Shown in pieces: positions 10,092-20,045 of a DNA stretch of 64,000 bases. The notes under the pieces were generated by a model. It did no database searches. It was not told where the DNA came from and was given only the letters and a program-made list of their open reading frames with translations. The stretch spans positions 1 through 64,000 of the IMG/VR virus record IMGVR_UViG_2933073624_000001; one strand, 5' to 3'. The stretch's first letter is position 1; every line of letters starts with the position of its first letter. Position numbers and translations under genes: made by a program. The DNA is from a virus (taxonomy: Duplodnaviria; Caudoviricetes).

Positions 10092-10633
10092 CGATCGTCC
10101 CCTCGCAGCGCGACGACGAGCCGGTCCTGCCGGTCGTCCGCGCCTCCAGCCTCCTGCCGCCCGGCGGGAACGACCAGGACCGGGCGCGGGCCCGGCTGCT
10201 TGCCGGTGCTCTGGCGCCGGGGGTGGCCGACTACAAGGTGGTCGTGATCCCAGGCGTCCCGCACGCCAAGGAACGGCCCCGGGCCGGTGAGGGCCGGGTC
10301 TACAAGAGCAGTGGGGACCAGAAGGCGGAGACGGCGACCGGGTGGCTGCTGCGGCCCTCGTTCCGCCAGCCGTGGGCCGGGAACCTCGCGATCGGCTGCG
10401 TGTTCTTCCGGCCGACGAAGCAGCACATCGACACCGACAACTTGCTCAAGCACGTGTGCGACGCGGGGAACGGCATCGCCTGGTTCGACGACGCGCAGAT
10501 CACCGCGAAGTACGGGGTGCTGGAGCTGGACGCGGCCACCCCGCGGACCCTGCTGGTCGTCACCCGGCACGTCTCCTCGATGGACCGCAGCGACGTCACC
10601 AAGGCCCGCCCGCCCCGCCGGAGGCCACGGTGA
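10088..10633 (+). CDS. rusA: RusA-family Holliday junction resolvase
   Basis: PHAKERPR, DTDNLLKHVCDAGNGIAWFDDAQI. Confidence 0.88.
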   Translation: MTIVPSQRDDEPVLPVVRASSLLPPGGNDQDRARARLLAGALAPGVADYKVVVIPGVPHAKERPRAGEGRVYKSSGDQKAETATGWLLRPSFRQPWAGNLAIGCVFFRPTKQHIDTDNLLKHVCDAGNGIAWFDDAQITAKYGVLELDAATPRTLLVVTRHVSSMDRSDVTKARPPRRRPR

Positions 10634-10998
10634 GCGTGACGCTGGAGGAGATCTCGGCCGCGCTCGATGCGGCCGCCGATGCCCGGCCGGTCGGGCGGGT
10701 CCCGGTACTGGCCTGTCGACGGCCGGCGGCCCGGACGCGGGAGCACGCCTTCCACCAGTGGGTCCTGTCCGTGGACGGCGGGCATCTGCACTGGACCGGC
10801 CAGACCGAGCACGGCAGCCCGGTCCTGTGGTTCCGCAGCGTGCGCGAGAGCGTCTACCGGCTCGCGTTCCGCCTGCACCACGGCCGCGCCCCGCACGGCC
10901 AGGTCCGGTGGTCGTGCGACTACCAGGGCTGCGTGGCCGGTGAGCACCTGACGGACCGCGTGATCCGCGCCCAGGCCGCCGCGGGGGCCCGGCCGTGA
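10630..10998 (+). CDS. HNH-like zinc-binding protein, possibly degenerate
   Basis: LHWTG...YRLAFRLHHG...SCDYQGCVAGEHL. Confidence 0.55.
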   Translation: MSVTLEEISAALDAAADARPVGRVPVLACRRPAARTREHAFHQWVLSVDGGHLHWTGQTEHGSPVLWFRSVRESVYRLAFRLHHGRAPHGQVRWSCDYQGCVAGEHLTDRVIRAQAAAGARP

Positions 10999-11293
10999 CC
11001 CTGTTCAGCGCGTTCCTGTACTACGGCGCGGCCGTCGACACGGTCCTGGACGCCGCCCCGGTGTGGGCGCCGTCGCTCCTCGCCGGCCTGGCGCTCGGCG
11101 CCGGTGTCCGCCGCGTCCCGAGGCCGGTCCGGACTCGTCCGGACCGGTCCGGACCCACCCCCCATCCCTGTCCGGACTGCCCGAGCAGGGAGGGCCGTTG
11201 ATCGGCTTTGACCTGCACGGACCCGAGTCCGGATTCGTCCGGCGGACGCATCCGGATACGCCCGCACTGTCCGAGTACCACGAGGAAGACCTG

Positions 11294-11632
11294 ATGTCCT
11301 TCATCCCCCGCCGCGAGGACCACACCACCCCCGAGCGGCCTTCGTCCTGGCGTGACGAGGCGGCCTGTGTCGGCTGGAATCCGGAGCTGTTCTTCCCCGT
11401 CGCCGAGAAGGGCGTCCCGGCCTCGTTGAAGACCCGCCCCGCGAAGGAGGTGTGCGGGGCCTGTCCGGTCGTCGCCGAGTGCCTGGCGCACGCCCTCCAG
11501 CGGCCGGAGGAGTACGGCGTGTGGGGCGGTCTCGACGAGTACGAGCGCGCCGACCTCCTGCGCAAGGCGCGCGTCGCCGCCGAGGAGAGCTACCGCCGGG
11601 CGAAGGAGCGGGCCGATGCCACGTGCTCGTAG
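11294..11632 (+). CDS. WhiB-family Fe-S transcription factor
   Basis: Four Cys (AAC, CGAC, C), ELFF, GVWGG turn. Confidence 0.92.
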   Translation: MSFIPRREDHTTPERPSSWRDEAACVGWNPELFFPVAEKGVPASLKTRPAKEVCGACPVVAECLAHALQRPEEYGVWGGLDEYERADLLRKARVAAEESYRRAKERADATCS

Positions 11633-11852
11633 ACCCGCTCCGCGCCGTACGCCGGCGCTGCCGCCCGGCGGCCTCCTGGACTGGTCCGCGCCCTGGCACT
11701 GGTCCGCCGAGGCCCGCCCGTGCCGGTACTGCGGCGCCCCCACCCACCTGCGGGACTCCAAGCGGCACCCCGCCGACAAGGTCTGCGCCGAGGGCGCCCT
11801 GGCCGACATCGACCAGATCGTCCGCGTCTACAGCGGCCAAGCCGAGCTGTGA
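11616..11852 (+). CDS. small zinc-finger hypothetical protein
   Basis: PCRYCG...KVCAE. Confidence 0.55.
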   Translation: MPRARRPAPRRTPALPPGGLLDWSAPWHWSAEARPCRYCGAPTHLRDSKRHPADKVCAEGALADIDQIVRVYSGQAEL

Positions 11853-11893
11853 CCCCCTACCCACCTGCACCACCGTACGAAGGAGCGTCACCC

Positions 11894-12154
11894 GTGAGCA
11901 CCGAACCCCAGAGCCCCGAGGGCGAGCATGGTCTGCCCATCGAGCCGGGCCGCCGCAAGCGGCTGCGCGGCCAGGAGCGCGCCGACATGCGCGCCAAGCT
12001 CGCCAAGCAGTACGCCGAGGAAGGGAAGTCGATCCGGGACCTGGCCGCCGAGCATGACCGCTCGTTCGGCCTGATCCGCGTCCTGCTCCAGGAGGCCGAC
12101 GTCGAGTTTCGCTCGCGCCGCCACCGCCGTCCGAAGGCGGAGGGCGAGGCGTGA
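11894..12154 (+). CDS. small HTH DNA-binding protein
   Basis: YAEEGKSIRDLAAEHDRSFGLIRVLL; AGGAG RBS. Confidence 0.8.
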   Translation: MSTEPQSPEGEHGLPIEPGRRKRLRGQERADMRAKLAKQYAEEGKSIRDLAAEHDRSFGLIRVLLQEADVEFRSRRHRRPKAEGEA

Positions 12155-12519
12155 GCACCGTCCAGTGGCGCGGCGCCGTCACCTTCACCGTCGGCGTGTT
12201 CCTCGTAGCGCTCCTGGCCGTGCTCCTCAGCGCGTGCGGCACGGACGACGACTACGACGACGGCGACGGGGAGTGGTTCGCCCTCGCGGCGGTCGCCAAG
12301 CCCGCGCCGCCGGCTCCCCGCCCGGCCGCCCCGGTGCCCCGGCCCCCGGCCCCGGCACCGAAGGCCCCGCGGCTGGACAAGGCCCCGGCGAGGAAGGTGC
12401 CGGTCGCTCCGGCTCCGGCCGTCCAGGGCCCGGCCGTCCAAGGGCCCGTCCCGGCCCCGTCACCCAGCAAGAAGAAGTCCGGCCGCAAGCACTGCGGCGA
12501 CGTCGACCTCTGCGACTGA
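12151..12519 (+). CDS. Pro-rich putative lipoprotein
   Basis: Hydrophobic signal ending LSAC lipobox. Confidence 0.6.
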   Translation: MSTVQWRGAVTFTVGVFLVALLAVLLSACGTDDDYDDGDGEWFALAAVAKPAPPAPRPAAPVPRPPAPAPKAPRLDKAPARKVPVAPAPAVQGPAVQGPVPAPSPSKKKSGRKHCGDVDLCD

Positions 12520-12589
12520 CCCGCCCGACCCCGCACAGCCGCCCCACCACCCGGTGGGGCGGCACGGCCAGTTCAGGAAGGAGCCCCGC

Positions 12590-12904
12590 GTGCCCCGGTA
12601 CCCGCGATGCGGACGCTGCGGCCTCGACGTGCTGTGGACCGTCACCGAGGCCGGGAACCGGCTCGCCGTCGACGCCACCCCGAACGAGCAGGGGAACGCG
12701 GCCGTGCGCCGTGACGGCACCGGCACCTACCGGTCCCGGCGCCCGTCCGACGAACTGCCGCTCATGGGCTGGGAGCGGCTGCACATGCCGCACGTGGCGA
12801 CGTGCGAGCCCTCGCGCCGCACGCCGGCTCCGGTCCGGCGCGGACCGCTGCCTCCGGGCGTCCTCGACCTCTCGGCGTACCGCCAGAAGCGGAGCCGGTC
12901 ATGA
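12590..12904 (+). CDS. hypothetical zinc-binding protein
   Basis: CGRCG...HVATC; AAGGAG RBS. Confidence 0.6.
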   Translation: MPRYPRCGRCGLDVLWTVTEAGNRLAVDATPNEQGNAAVRRDGTGTYRSRRPSDELPLMGWERLHMPHVATCEPSRRTPAPVRRGPLPPGVLDLSAYRQKRSRS

Positions 12905-12963
12905 GGGCCCGGGCAACGCGAGTAGGCCGTCCTCGGGGAGGGCGGCCTGGAGTGACGCGGCGC

Positions 12964-13188
12964 TCAGGCGTCCTGCTGCTTGCCGCCGTCCGGCACGGCC
13001 GGAACGGCGGTCTCGCCGAGGGCTTCCAGCGCACGGCGGTAGAAGTCCACGGGCACGACCACGGCGGCCTCAACGGTGCGGTTCAGCAGCAGCGTGACGT
13101 CACCGCCGTAGCGGGAACGGCCGACGACCTCGCCGAAGACGTTACGGGCCTCAGCGATGGTGGCTCGGTGCTCGGTGCGGGTGCTCAT
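12964..13188 (-). CDS. Phd/YefM-family antitoxin-like protein
   Basis: TIAEARNVFGEVVGRSRYGGDVTLLL...AAVVVP matches the Phd N-terminal pattern. Confidence 0.75.
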   Translation of the reverse strand: MSTRTEHRATIAEARNVFGEVVGRSRYGGDVTLLLNRTVEAAVVVPVDFYRRALEALGETAVPAVPDGGKQQDA

Positions 13189-13263
13189 GCGATCACTGTA
13201 GCTGATCGACACGGACGTCATGTGCAAGATGTGCAACTTAGGCAAAACAGCTACTATGGGCAC

Positions 13264-13776
13264 ATGATCAATGACCTCCTGTCGGGGGTGCTCATTGCTG
13301 CCCCGATGGCCCCGCCTGTGATCTGGCGGACCGACTACGGGCACCGCCGGAGGCCCGACCTGCTCTGTCCGCACGAGGGCTACGGCCTGACCTGCGACAC
13401 GTACGAGTCCATGCGCGACCGGGCGCAGGACCGCTGCGAGATCTGCGGGCTCCTCGACCGGGACACCCTGCGCGGCCAGATCGTCATCGACCACTTCCGG
13501 GGCGGAGGCGTGTTTTTCGTCCGGGGGCTCGTGTGCGACCGGTGCAACGCGCTGATGTCCCGCCACGACGGAACGGCCCTCTGGGGACCCAAGACGCTGC
13601 CCGGCAAGGCCGCCGCGCGCGCCTACCACCTCAGGGCCTTCGAGAAGCCCAGCCCCGAGGAACTGGAACGCGCCGATGGAGAGATCTTGCGCCGGAAGAC
13701 CCTCCTCCACATCGCGCGTAACTACCCGGAGCGGGCAGTCGGCCTCGGGGCGGCCCTCCGTGCCGCCAACTTCTGA
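13264..13776 (+). CDS. endonuclease VII-like protein
   Basis: YGLT...Q.RCEICG...IDH...VRGLVCDRCN. Confidence 0.78.
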   Translation: MINDLLSGVLIAAPMAPPVIWRTDYGHRRRPDLLCPHEGYGLTCDTYESMRDRAQDRCEICGLLDRDTLRGQIVIDHFRGGGVFFVRGLVCDRCNALMSRHDGTALWGPKTLPGKAAARAYHLRAFEKPSPEELERADGEILRRKTLLHIARNYPERAVGLGAALRAANF

Positions 13777-13902
13777 TCCACCACCCATCCAGCACGACCG
13801 AGAAGAGACCCCCATGAGCCACGAGGCAGTCACCCGGGCGGCATGTGCCGTGCCCGTGTCGATGCCCGAGCTGGGTGGCATTTCCCTCTCCGGCGGTGGC
13901 CG

Positions 13903-15372
13903 GTGAGCCTGTATCCGATCATCTGGGCCGCCGAGCACGCGCCCGTGGTGGACGCCGAGGAACGCGCCATCCTCATGGCCCTGGTGATGAAGGGCGACTT
14001 CGACGGCCTGAACTGCTTCCGCTCGTACAAGACGCTGGCGAAGGTGGCTCGGGTCGACGAGAAGACGGCCGGACGTCGCTGCCGGGCGCTGGAGTCCCGG
14101 GGCGTCCTCAAGCGCCAGGAGAAGCACTGCTCTCCGGTGTGGTCGGCGATCCCGGAGTCACAGCGGCCGGTGATCTGGGAGGCCATGATCCCGGCGGAGT
14201 GGTGGAGTGCCGCTCAGCTCGCGGACATCAACGAGCAGCGGGCGAACCTCGGCCGGGTGCCGATCACGCCGGAGAACCGGCCGGCTCTGGGAGAGGCCCC
14301 GCCGAAGAAGGAGCGGGCCGACAAGGGCACGAAGCGGCCGAAGAAGAAGCCGGTCAGCGAGGGGGAGGGGACTGCAAGTCCGGGGGGCGACCCGGGGACT
14401 ACAAGTCCCCACCCCCAGGACTACAAGTCCCCACCCCCCGGACTACAAGTCCCACAACCTTCTGAGTCACCTTCCGAGTCACCCTCTGAGAACAACCACG
14501 CGGTTGCTGACGCCGTAGGCAAGAGTGCGGGTGGTTTCGCGCGTGCGGACTCGGGCGCTTCTGCGGCTGGTGAAAGCGGCACGGCCGGTGGCGGCTCCGC
14601 CGCGTCGGAACCCCAGCTCCCTCCACAGCGAAAGTCCTCCCCGCGTCCACAGACGACGAAGACCCGGCCCCGGAAGGAGTCGGCCGGCTTCGAGATGGTC
14701 CGGGGCGCCGTTCCGGTTGCTGTGGCTCGTCCTGGCACGCGGCTGTACCCGGGGCTTCACCGGGCGATCAACGACCTGCTGGACGGCAACGCCGAGGCGG
14801 GCATCCCGCGCCGGACGCCCGAGCAGGTCATCGCCCGGATGAACCGGCGCTGGTACGGCGAGGACGCCGACGTGCGGGCCGCGAGCGACTACCGCGGCTG
14901 CGAGCGGTGCACCGCGACCGGCTGCACGTCTCCCCGCCGGGGCCCCGACGACGCGGACGGCTGCGACCGGATCAAGAACCCGTCGTCGTGGCTGGCTGCC
15001 GCTCTGATCGCCCAGGACTGCCCCGACCCCGGGTGCGAGGACGGGCAGATCATCGGCGCCGGTGCCTGCCAGGCGTGCCAGAAGCGCCGTGAGGAGCACC
15101 GGGAAGCCGCCCGCGTGGTCGCTGAGGCCCGCGCCCGCTGGGAGGTGGACACGGAGACCTACGGCGCCGCACGGGCCGCCCTGGACGCCTGGACGGCAGC
15201 CGAGACAGCCGAGGAACGGCGCCTTCGCCAGACCCTCGGGGCGACCGGTCTGTACGGCGCGAAGCTCGACCACCACGTGCAGCGCCACCTGTCCGGCTGG
15301 CGCGACCGGAACCCCAAGCCCGCCGCCCCGGCCCGGAGCGGATCTCACGAGCGGCGGGAGGCCACCGCGTGA
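13903..15372 (+). CDS. replication initiator protein (N-terminal winged HTH)
   Basis: ILMAL...CFRSYKTLAKVARVDEKTAGRRCRALESRG; internal iterons; C-terminal Cys cluster. Confidence 0.75.
   Translation: MSLYPIIWAAEHAPVVDAEERAILMALVMKGDFDGLNCFRSYKTLAKVARVDEKTAGRRCRALESRGVLKRQEKHCSPVWSAIPESQRPVIWEAMIPAEWWSAAQLADINEQRANLGRVPITPENRPALGEAPPKKERADKGTKRPKKKPVSEGEGTASPGGDPGTTSPHPQDYKSPPPGLQVPQPSESPSESPSENNHAVADAVGKSAGGFARADSGASAAGESGTAGGGSAASEPQLPPQRKSSPRPQTTKTRPRKESAGFEMVRGAVPVAVARPGTRLYPGLHRAINDLLDGNAEAGIPRRTPEQVIARMNRRWYGEDADVRAASDYRGCERCTATGCTSPRRGPDDADGCDRIKNPSSWLAAALIAQDCPDPGCEDGQIIGAGACQACQKRREEHREAARVVAEARARWEVDTETYGAARAALDAWTAAETAEERRLRQTLGATGLYGAKLDHHVQRHLSGWRDRNPKPAAPARSGSHERREATA
14369..14453. 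repeat. iteron-like repeats GGACTACAAGTCCC x3 (22-bp period) plus one degenerate copy; probable origin
   Basis: Copies start at 14396, 14418 and 14440, variant at 14369; inside the initiator gene as in lambdoid origins. Confidence 0.75.
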
Positions 15373-15809
15373 ACCCCGACTTCCTTCCCCCGCTGGCCGC
15401 GTCGCTGCGCGCGCTGGGCGCGTTCGCCGCCCGGCACGAGGTCAACGACGGCACCCTCGCGGAGATCGCCGACGAGCTCGACACCGCGCGCTCGCTGGTC
15501 GCCTCCGCGCGGGGAGTGGCACGGGCGAACCGGTGCGCACGGCACCCCGGGGCCCCGGTCGACCCCGACGTCCCCAACGGCTGCTTCTTCTGCGGCAAGT
15601 CCCAGGCCCGCCCCAGCCGGGGACTCCCCGACGACTTCGTGCCCGGCGAGGTCCTGCGGTTCATCGCCGAGCACGGCCACGACGCGGCCACCGAACGCTA
15701 CGGCGCCCGGGCAGTGACCCACGCCGTCGCGATCGGCAACCGCCACCCCGCAAGCCGGCGGCCGGTACCCCCGGCCCGACCGGACACCACCGAAGGAGAA
15801 CCCACGTGA
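15369..15809 (+). CDS. hypothetical protein
   Basis: GTGA coupling to the initiator; GGGAGG RBS. Confidence 0.6.
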   Translation: MNPDFLPPLAASLRALGAFAARHEVNDGTLAEIADELDTARSLVASARGVARANRCARHPGAPVDPDVPNGCFFCGKSQARPSRGLPDDFVPGEVLRFIAEHGHDAATERYGARAVTHAVAIGNRHPASRRPVPPARPDTTEGEPT

Positions 15810-16237
15810 AAGACCTGGACACCCCCGAGGAGACGCGGGAGTTCCTGCGCCTGTGCCTGGACCCGGGCCACGGGATCCAGCGGACCCCGGACAAGCTGGC
15901 CGAGATCATGCCGCCGCAGATGCGCGACCAGGTCGAGGCCTTCGCCCCGCACCTGACCTACCTGCGAGGCATCGCCGACATGGCCCAGGCCGGGGCCGAC
16001 GAGGCGCGCGCCGCGTACGCCGGGGCCCTGGCCGACTGGATCGACGGGAAGCCCGCCCCGGACCTCGCGCCGGACACCGAGCCCCGGCCCGTGGTCGACC
16101 TGGCCACCCTCGCCGAAGCGCTCATGGACTCCCACGACGGCTTCGTCCTCGACCTGTCGCCCGGCTGCGCCGACCTGATGGCCGGCCGCCTGCTCAAGCA
16201 GTTCCGCATCCAGCCCCTCCCCACCGAAGGGAACTGA
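15806..16237 (+). CDS. hypothetical protein
   Basis: AAGGAG RBS, GTG start. Confidence 0.6.
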   Translation: MKDLDTPEETREFLRLCLDPGHGIQRTPDKLAEIMPPQMRDQVEAFAPHLTYLRGIADMAQAGADEARAAYAGALADWIDGKPAPDLAPDTEPRPVVDLATLAEALMDSHDGFVLDLSPGCADLMAGRLLKQFRIQPLPTEGN

Positions 16238-16239
16238 CC

Positions 16240-16446
16240 ATGCCCGAGAGCACCCTCACCACCGCGGCGGCGTCCGCGCGGCGGCCGCTGCGCGAACGCG
16301 GCGAGTGCCCCGCCTGCCACATCCCCTACGCCCTGACGAAGAGCGGCCGCGTCGGCTGGCACCACGGCATCACCGAAGCCGGGTTCTCCACCGGCGAGAC
16401 GTGCGACGGCGTCGGCCGCCACCCGTTCATCCCGGCAGGTGCCTGA
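16240..16446 (+). CDS. small zinc-finger protein
   Basis: CPAC...H...C.G. Confidence 0.55.
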   Translation: MPESTLTTAAASARRPLRERGECPACHIPYALTKSGRVGWHHGITEAGFSTGETCDGVGRHPFIPAGA

Positions 16447-16952
16447 TGGCACCGAAGCGACCCCTGTCCGACCGCCCCGAGCTGGACGCCATCGAGCCCG
16501 GCTACTACGCGGTCCTCGACCCTGACGACCCGGGGACGGTCACGTACTGGCACCGCGTGCGGAACGCCAAGCGCGACGTGCTCCAGGCGTGGCCCCCGCG
16601 GGCCTCCTACGGGCCGCGCGCGCCCATGCGGCTCCCCGCCGACCCGCACGCCCGGTTCGAGGCCGCGAAGGAGTGGTGGGAGGAGCGCCGCGCGTACCTG
16701 GACCGGGTCGTCGCCGCGATCCACGAGGCGCCCGAGGCCGCCGCCCGCTGCTTCGCCGACCTGAACGTCCGCTGCTGGAACTGCGGCCGCGCACTTCGCG
16801 ACGAGACGTCGAAGGTCGTCGGCATCGGCCCGGACTGCCGCAGCGGCCTCGACCCGGCCACCCTCGCCCGCTACTGCACCCCCGAGGTCGGCCGTGCTCA
16901 CGCCGAGCACCTGGCCGCTCTGCGCGCCGCGAACGAGGTGACCGGCCGATGA
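16446..16952 (+). CDS. DUF6011-like zinc-finger protein
   Basis: CWNCGRALRDETSKVVGIGPDC. Confidence 0.7.
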   Translation: MAPKRPLSDRPELDAIEPGYYAVLDPDDPGTVTYWHRVRNAKRDVLQAWPPRASYGPRAPMRLPADPHARFEAAKEWWEERRAYLDRVVAAIHEAPEAAARCFADLNVRCWNCGRALRDETSKVVGIGPDCRSGLDPATLARYCTPEVGRAHAEHLAALRAANEVTGR

Positions 16953-17470
16953 GCGGGATCACTGTGGCCACGATCGTTGAGGACGCCATCGTGATCGGCG
17001 CAGGCGGAGGCCAGGACTGCGGCGTGAAACTCCTCAGCCTGATCATGGAGAACGGGCCGGATGCCACGTTCGAGGTCCTGATGGCGCTCGGTGCCGCCGC
17101 GACGCACCGGGTGAACGAGGACCCGGACCCCGTCGCCCTGCTCGCCCGGGTCGTCTTCGGGCCCGAACGGGCGGCCACGCCCGTCGACCAGGCGCCGCCG
17201 GCCCACCGGTTCGTCGCCGAGTTCCTGACCGCCGTGGCCCGCAACGACGCCGCCACGGCCCGGGAGCTGTTCGAGACGTTCGTCGCCGACCACTACCGGC
17301 CCGGCTATCAGCGCGTCGGGCTCGCGGTCGGCCTGGCCTACCGCGCGGCCCTGGCCGCCGCCGAACGCCTCGCAGCGCAAGGCGAGCCGGATGGACTGGC
17401 ACACCCGGGAGGGGACGCGGTCCGGCGCATGGCCCGCGTGCTCTGCGACGTGATCGGCGACGCCCGATGA
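16949..17470 (+). CDS. hypothetical protein (paralog of 18579..19028)
   Basis: Shared motif RF..eFL.A....D..tA..LF. Confidence 0.6.
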   Translation: MSGITVATIVEDAIVIGAGGGQDCGVKLLSLIMENGPDATFEVLMALGAAATHRVNEDPDPVALLARVVFGPERAATPVDQAPPAHRFVAEFLTAVARNDAATARELFETFVADHYRPGYQRVGLAVGLAYRAALAAAERLAAQGEPDGLAHPGGDAVRRMARVLCDVIGDAR

Positions 17471-17697
17471 CCGGCCGGAGCACGCCCCGAGGCGCGTACA
17501 CCGGCCGCCCGTGCCGGGGCTGCCGCACCCCGATCCCGTCACGGCTGTACCTGTGCGGCGACTGCTGGGACCAACTGCCGCCCGTCGCCCGCCGAGCCCT
17601 GAACCGGCGCGACGACCAGGCCACCGCCCGGCTCCGCCAGCTCTACGACCACGTCGACAGCGGGCGCCCGCTCGCAGAACTGGAGATCACCGCATGA
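17467..17697 (+). CDS. small zinc-finger protein
   Basis: CRGC...LCGDCW. Confidence 0.6.
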   Translation: MTGRSTPRGAYTGRPCRGCRTPIPSRLYLCGDCWDQLPPVARRALNRRDDQATARLRQLYDHVDSGRPLAELEITA

Positions 17698-18344
17698 TCC
17701 TGAGCAGCCGCCCCGACGTCGTCGAGGCACTGGAAAGCGCCGGATGGACCGGCGTCGCCGAAGACCCGAACGAGAAGTTGCGGCATCCCTCGGGCGCCGC
17801 GTGGGCGTTCCTCCCCGATGGCAGGTGCGGTCTGGTCTGCCCCAACGGGGTGATCGTCGAGATCCCTTGGGGGACCCCGGACTCGGTCGTCATCGCCGCG
17901 TGCCTCGCGGCCGCCGACCAGCTCCAGCCCACCCCGGCCGACATGCCGTGCGAGAAGTGCAAGCACCCGCAGCGCGGCCACGGGGAGGACGTGTGCGGGG
18001 CGGAGATCCTCGTCCAGGGCATCGTGTTCTTCTGCGGCTGCCCCTCGGACAACACCCAGCCCCAGCCCGCGCCCGAGGCGTCGGTCGTGGCCCCGACGGA
18101 GACGAGGGTGCCGGTGCGGGTGTCGCGGACGGCGATGGCCGCCTACAAGGTGCCCGCCCTGTCCCGCATCGAGGTCGACAAGGAGGCGCGCACGAACCCC
18201 CGGCCCGAGGACTGCCCGCAGTGCCAGGCCGGGAGCGCGGTCGGTCACTGGCCGAGCAGCCTGTGCGTGTCGGCCTTCGCCCGGGGCGCGTTCAACGCCG
18301 ACCGGCTCCTGCGCGTGCACTGCACCTGTGACCGCTGCTTCTGA
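17694..18344 (+). CDS. hypothetical Cys-rich protein
   Basis: ATGA coupling; several CxxC motifs. Confidence 0.55.
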   Translation: MILSSRPDVVEALESAGWTGVAEDPNEKLRHPSGAAWAFLPDGRCGLVCPNGVIVEIPWGTPDSVVIAACLAAADQLQPTPADMPCEKCKHPQRGHGEDVCGAEILVQGIVFFCGCPSDNTQPQPAPEASVVAPTETRVPVRVSRTAMAAYKVPALSRIEVDKEARTNPRPEDCPQCQAGSAVGHWPSSLCVSAFARGAFNADRLLRVHCTCDRCF

Positions 18345-18352
18345 GCCGACGG

Positions 18353-18389
<37 letters not shown>

Positions 18390-18578
18390 CGGGCGGGGCG
18401 GGGGGGGGGGCGCGCCCGGCAACAGACAGCGCCGCCCCCCCCCCGCCGGGGGGGCGGGGGGGGCGCGCCGGTGGGGCGCGGGGGGGCGGGGGGGGGGGGG
18501 GGGGGGCCCGCCGCGGGCCCCCCCCCCCCCCCCCCCCCCGGCCTGGCCGACATCCCATCACGAAGGACCGCCCCGACC

Positions 18579-19028
18579 GTGATCCACCCCCATGTGAGTG
18601 TCGTCTCCCGAGCGCTCTCCCACGCCGTCGTCGGCGACCGCGAACAGGGCCTCGCCCTGCTGCGGCCCCTGGTCGACGACAGCCTGGAATCGGCGTACGC
18701 GGTGCTGCGCACCCTCGCCCAGGTCGTCGTCTACCGCTCCTCCCAGGCCGGGCCGGTCACCGTCACGATCCACGGTCTCGGCGAAGCCGAAGGCCTCGAC
18801 GGCCTCCCGGCGCCGCTGCGGTTCACCGTCCGGTTCCTCGCGGCCTGCACGGAGCAGGACGACACCACGGCGACCGCCCTGTTCTGGTCGGCCGCCGAAC
18901 CCGCCGACGGCACCCCGCTCCTCACTGACGCCGTCGGCACCCTGTTCGACCTGGCGACCGCCAGCACCCGCGACGCCGTCCGCGAGCACCTGGCCCGCCG
19001 CCCACATTCCGGAGAGGACACCCCGTGA
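18579..19028 (+). CDS. hypothetical protein (paralog of 16949..17470)
   Basis: AAGGA RBS; shared motif. Confidence 0.6.
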   Translation: MIHPHVSVVSRALSHAVVGDREQGLALLRPLVDDSLESAYAVLRTLAQVVVYRSSQAGPVTVTIHGLGEAEGLDGLPAPLRFTVRFLAACTEQDDTTATALFWSAAEPADGTPLLTDAVGTLFDLATASTRDAVREHLARRPHSGEDTP

Positions 19029-19360
19029 TCCCTGCACGCAACGCGGTCGCCGGCCTGTACGCCGCCGCCTACATGGGCGCCTCGTACGCCGCCGTCCGTG
19101 CCGTCGACGACGGCCAGGGCTTCTACGCCGCCGCCCTGTTCGCCCTGTCGGCGGTCCTCCTGATCGGGATACGGCACGAGTACCGCAACGCCGCCCGCAT
19201 GATCCACCTCGCCGCCTCCTACCGGCACCACCAGATGCCCGGCGCCCCGGACATCGAGTGCGCCACGGCGCTGCCGCCCGGCTGCCGGTGCGAGACCTGG
19301 TGGACCAGCCTCGGCGCCCGCCACGACACCCACTGCCCCGCCCGGAAGGACCACACGTGA
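19025..19360 (+). CDS. small membrane protein
   Basis: Two hydrophobic helices, C-terminal Cys/His. Confidence 0.6.
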   Translation: MIPARNAVAGLYAAAYMGASYAAVRAVDDGQGFYAAALFALSAVLLIGIRHEYRNAARMIHLAASYRHHQMPGAPDIECATALPPGCRCETWWTSLGARHDTHCPARKDHT

Positions 19361-19818
19361 TGGACCTGTTCCCCGACGGTGTCCGCAAGATCCTGCCGTT
19401 CCTGACCCCGGTGTGCGCCCAGGACGGCGGCGAGTCCCCATTCGGCTGGACCTCCTCGTCCCTGCCGTGCAGCGGCATCTACGGCGACCCAGCCACCTGG
19501 CACGAAGTACCGCCCGAGCTGACTGCCGAGACCGTCGCCGAACTCGCCGCCTGCGGCTGGCCCCGGGCGTACGCCACCGAGCACAGCATCGTCGTCCCCC
19601 TCGACGACCGCGCCACAGGCCTACCCGACCAGGCCGCCCGAGGAGAGCACCTGTACGCCATGTGGGGCTGGCCCCGGCCCGAATGGGCGTGGGGCACCGC
19701 CCACCCCCACGCGCCCGCCGGCGGAACCCTCGCCCAGCTCCTCGCCCCACCGGACGACCCCCACGAGGTCGCCGCCCAGATCGTGCGCGTCCTGCACACC
19801 GGAAGGGCCCTGCCGTGA
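19360..19818 (+). CDS. hypothetical protein
   Basis: TGATG coupling. Confidence 0.55.
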   Translation: MDLFPDGVRKILPFLTPVCAQDGGESPFGWTSSSLPCSGIYGDPATWHEVPPELTAETVAELAACGWPRAYATEHSIVVPLDDRATGLPDQAARGEHLYAMWGWPRPEWAWGTAHPHAPAGGTLAQLLAPPDDPHEVAAQIVRVLHTGRALP

Positions 19819-20045
19819 GCGCCCGGATCACCCTGCGCTGCGACCGGGAATGGCGCGACGGCTCCTGCCCCCGCCAGCTCCCCACCCTCGCCGCCACCGT
19901 CGACGACGCCCGCCAGTACGGCGCCCTGGAGCACTGGACCCACCACGGCGGCCGCGACTACTGCCCCCTGCACGGCGGACCCACCGGCCGCACCGCCACC
20001 GTCCGCCTCGACATCGCCCCCCAGAACGGAGACACCCCCTCGTGA
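19815..20045 (+). CDS. small zinc-binding protein
   Basis: LRCD...C...DYCPLH. Confidence 0.55.
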   Translation: MSARITLRCDREWRDGSCPRQLPTLAATVDDARQYGALEHWTHHGGRDYCPLHGGPTGRTATVRLDIAPQNGDTPS

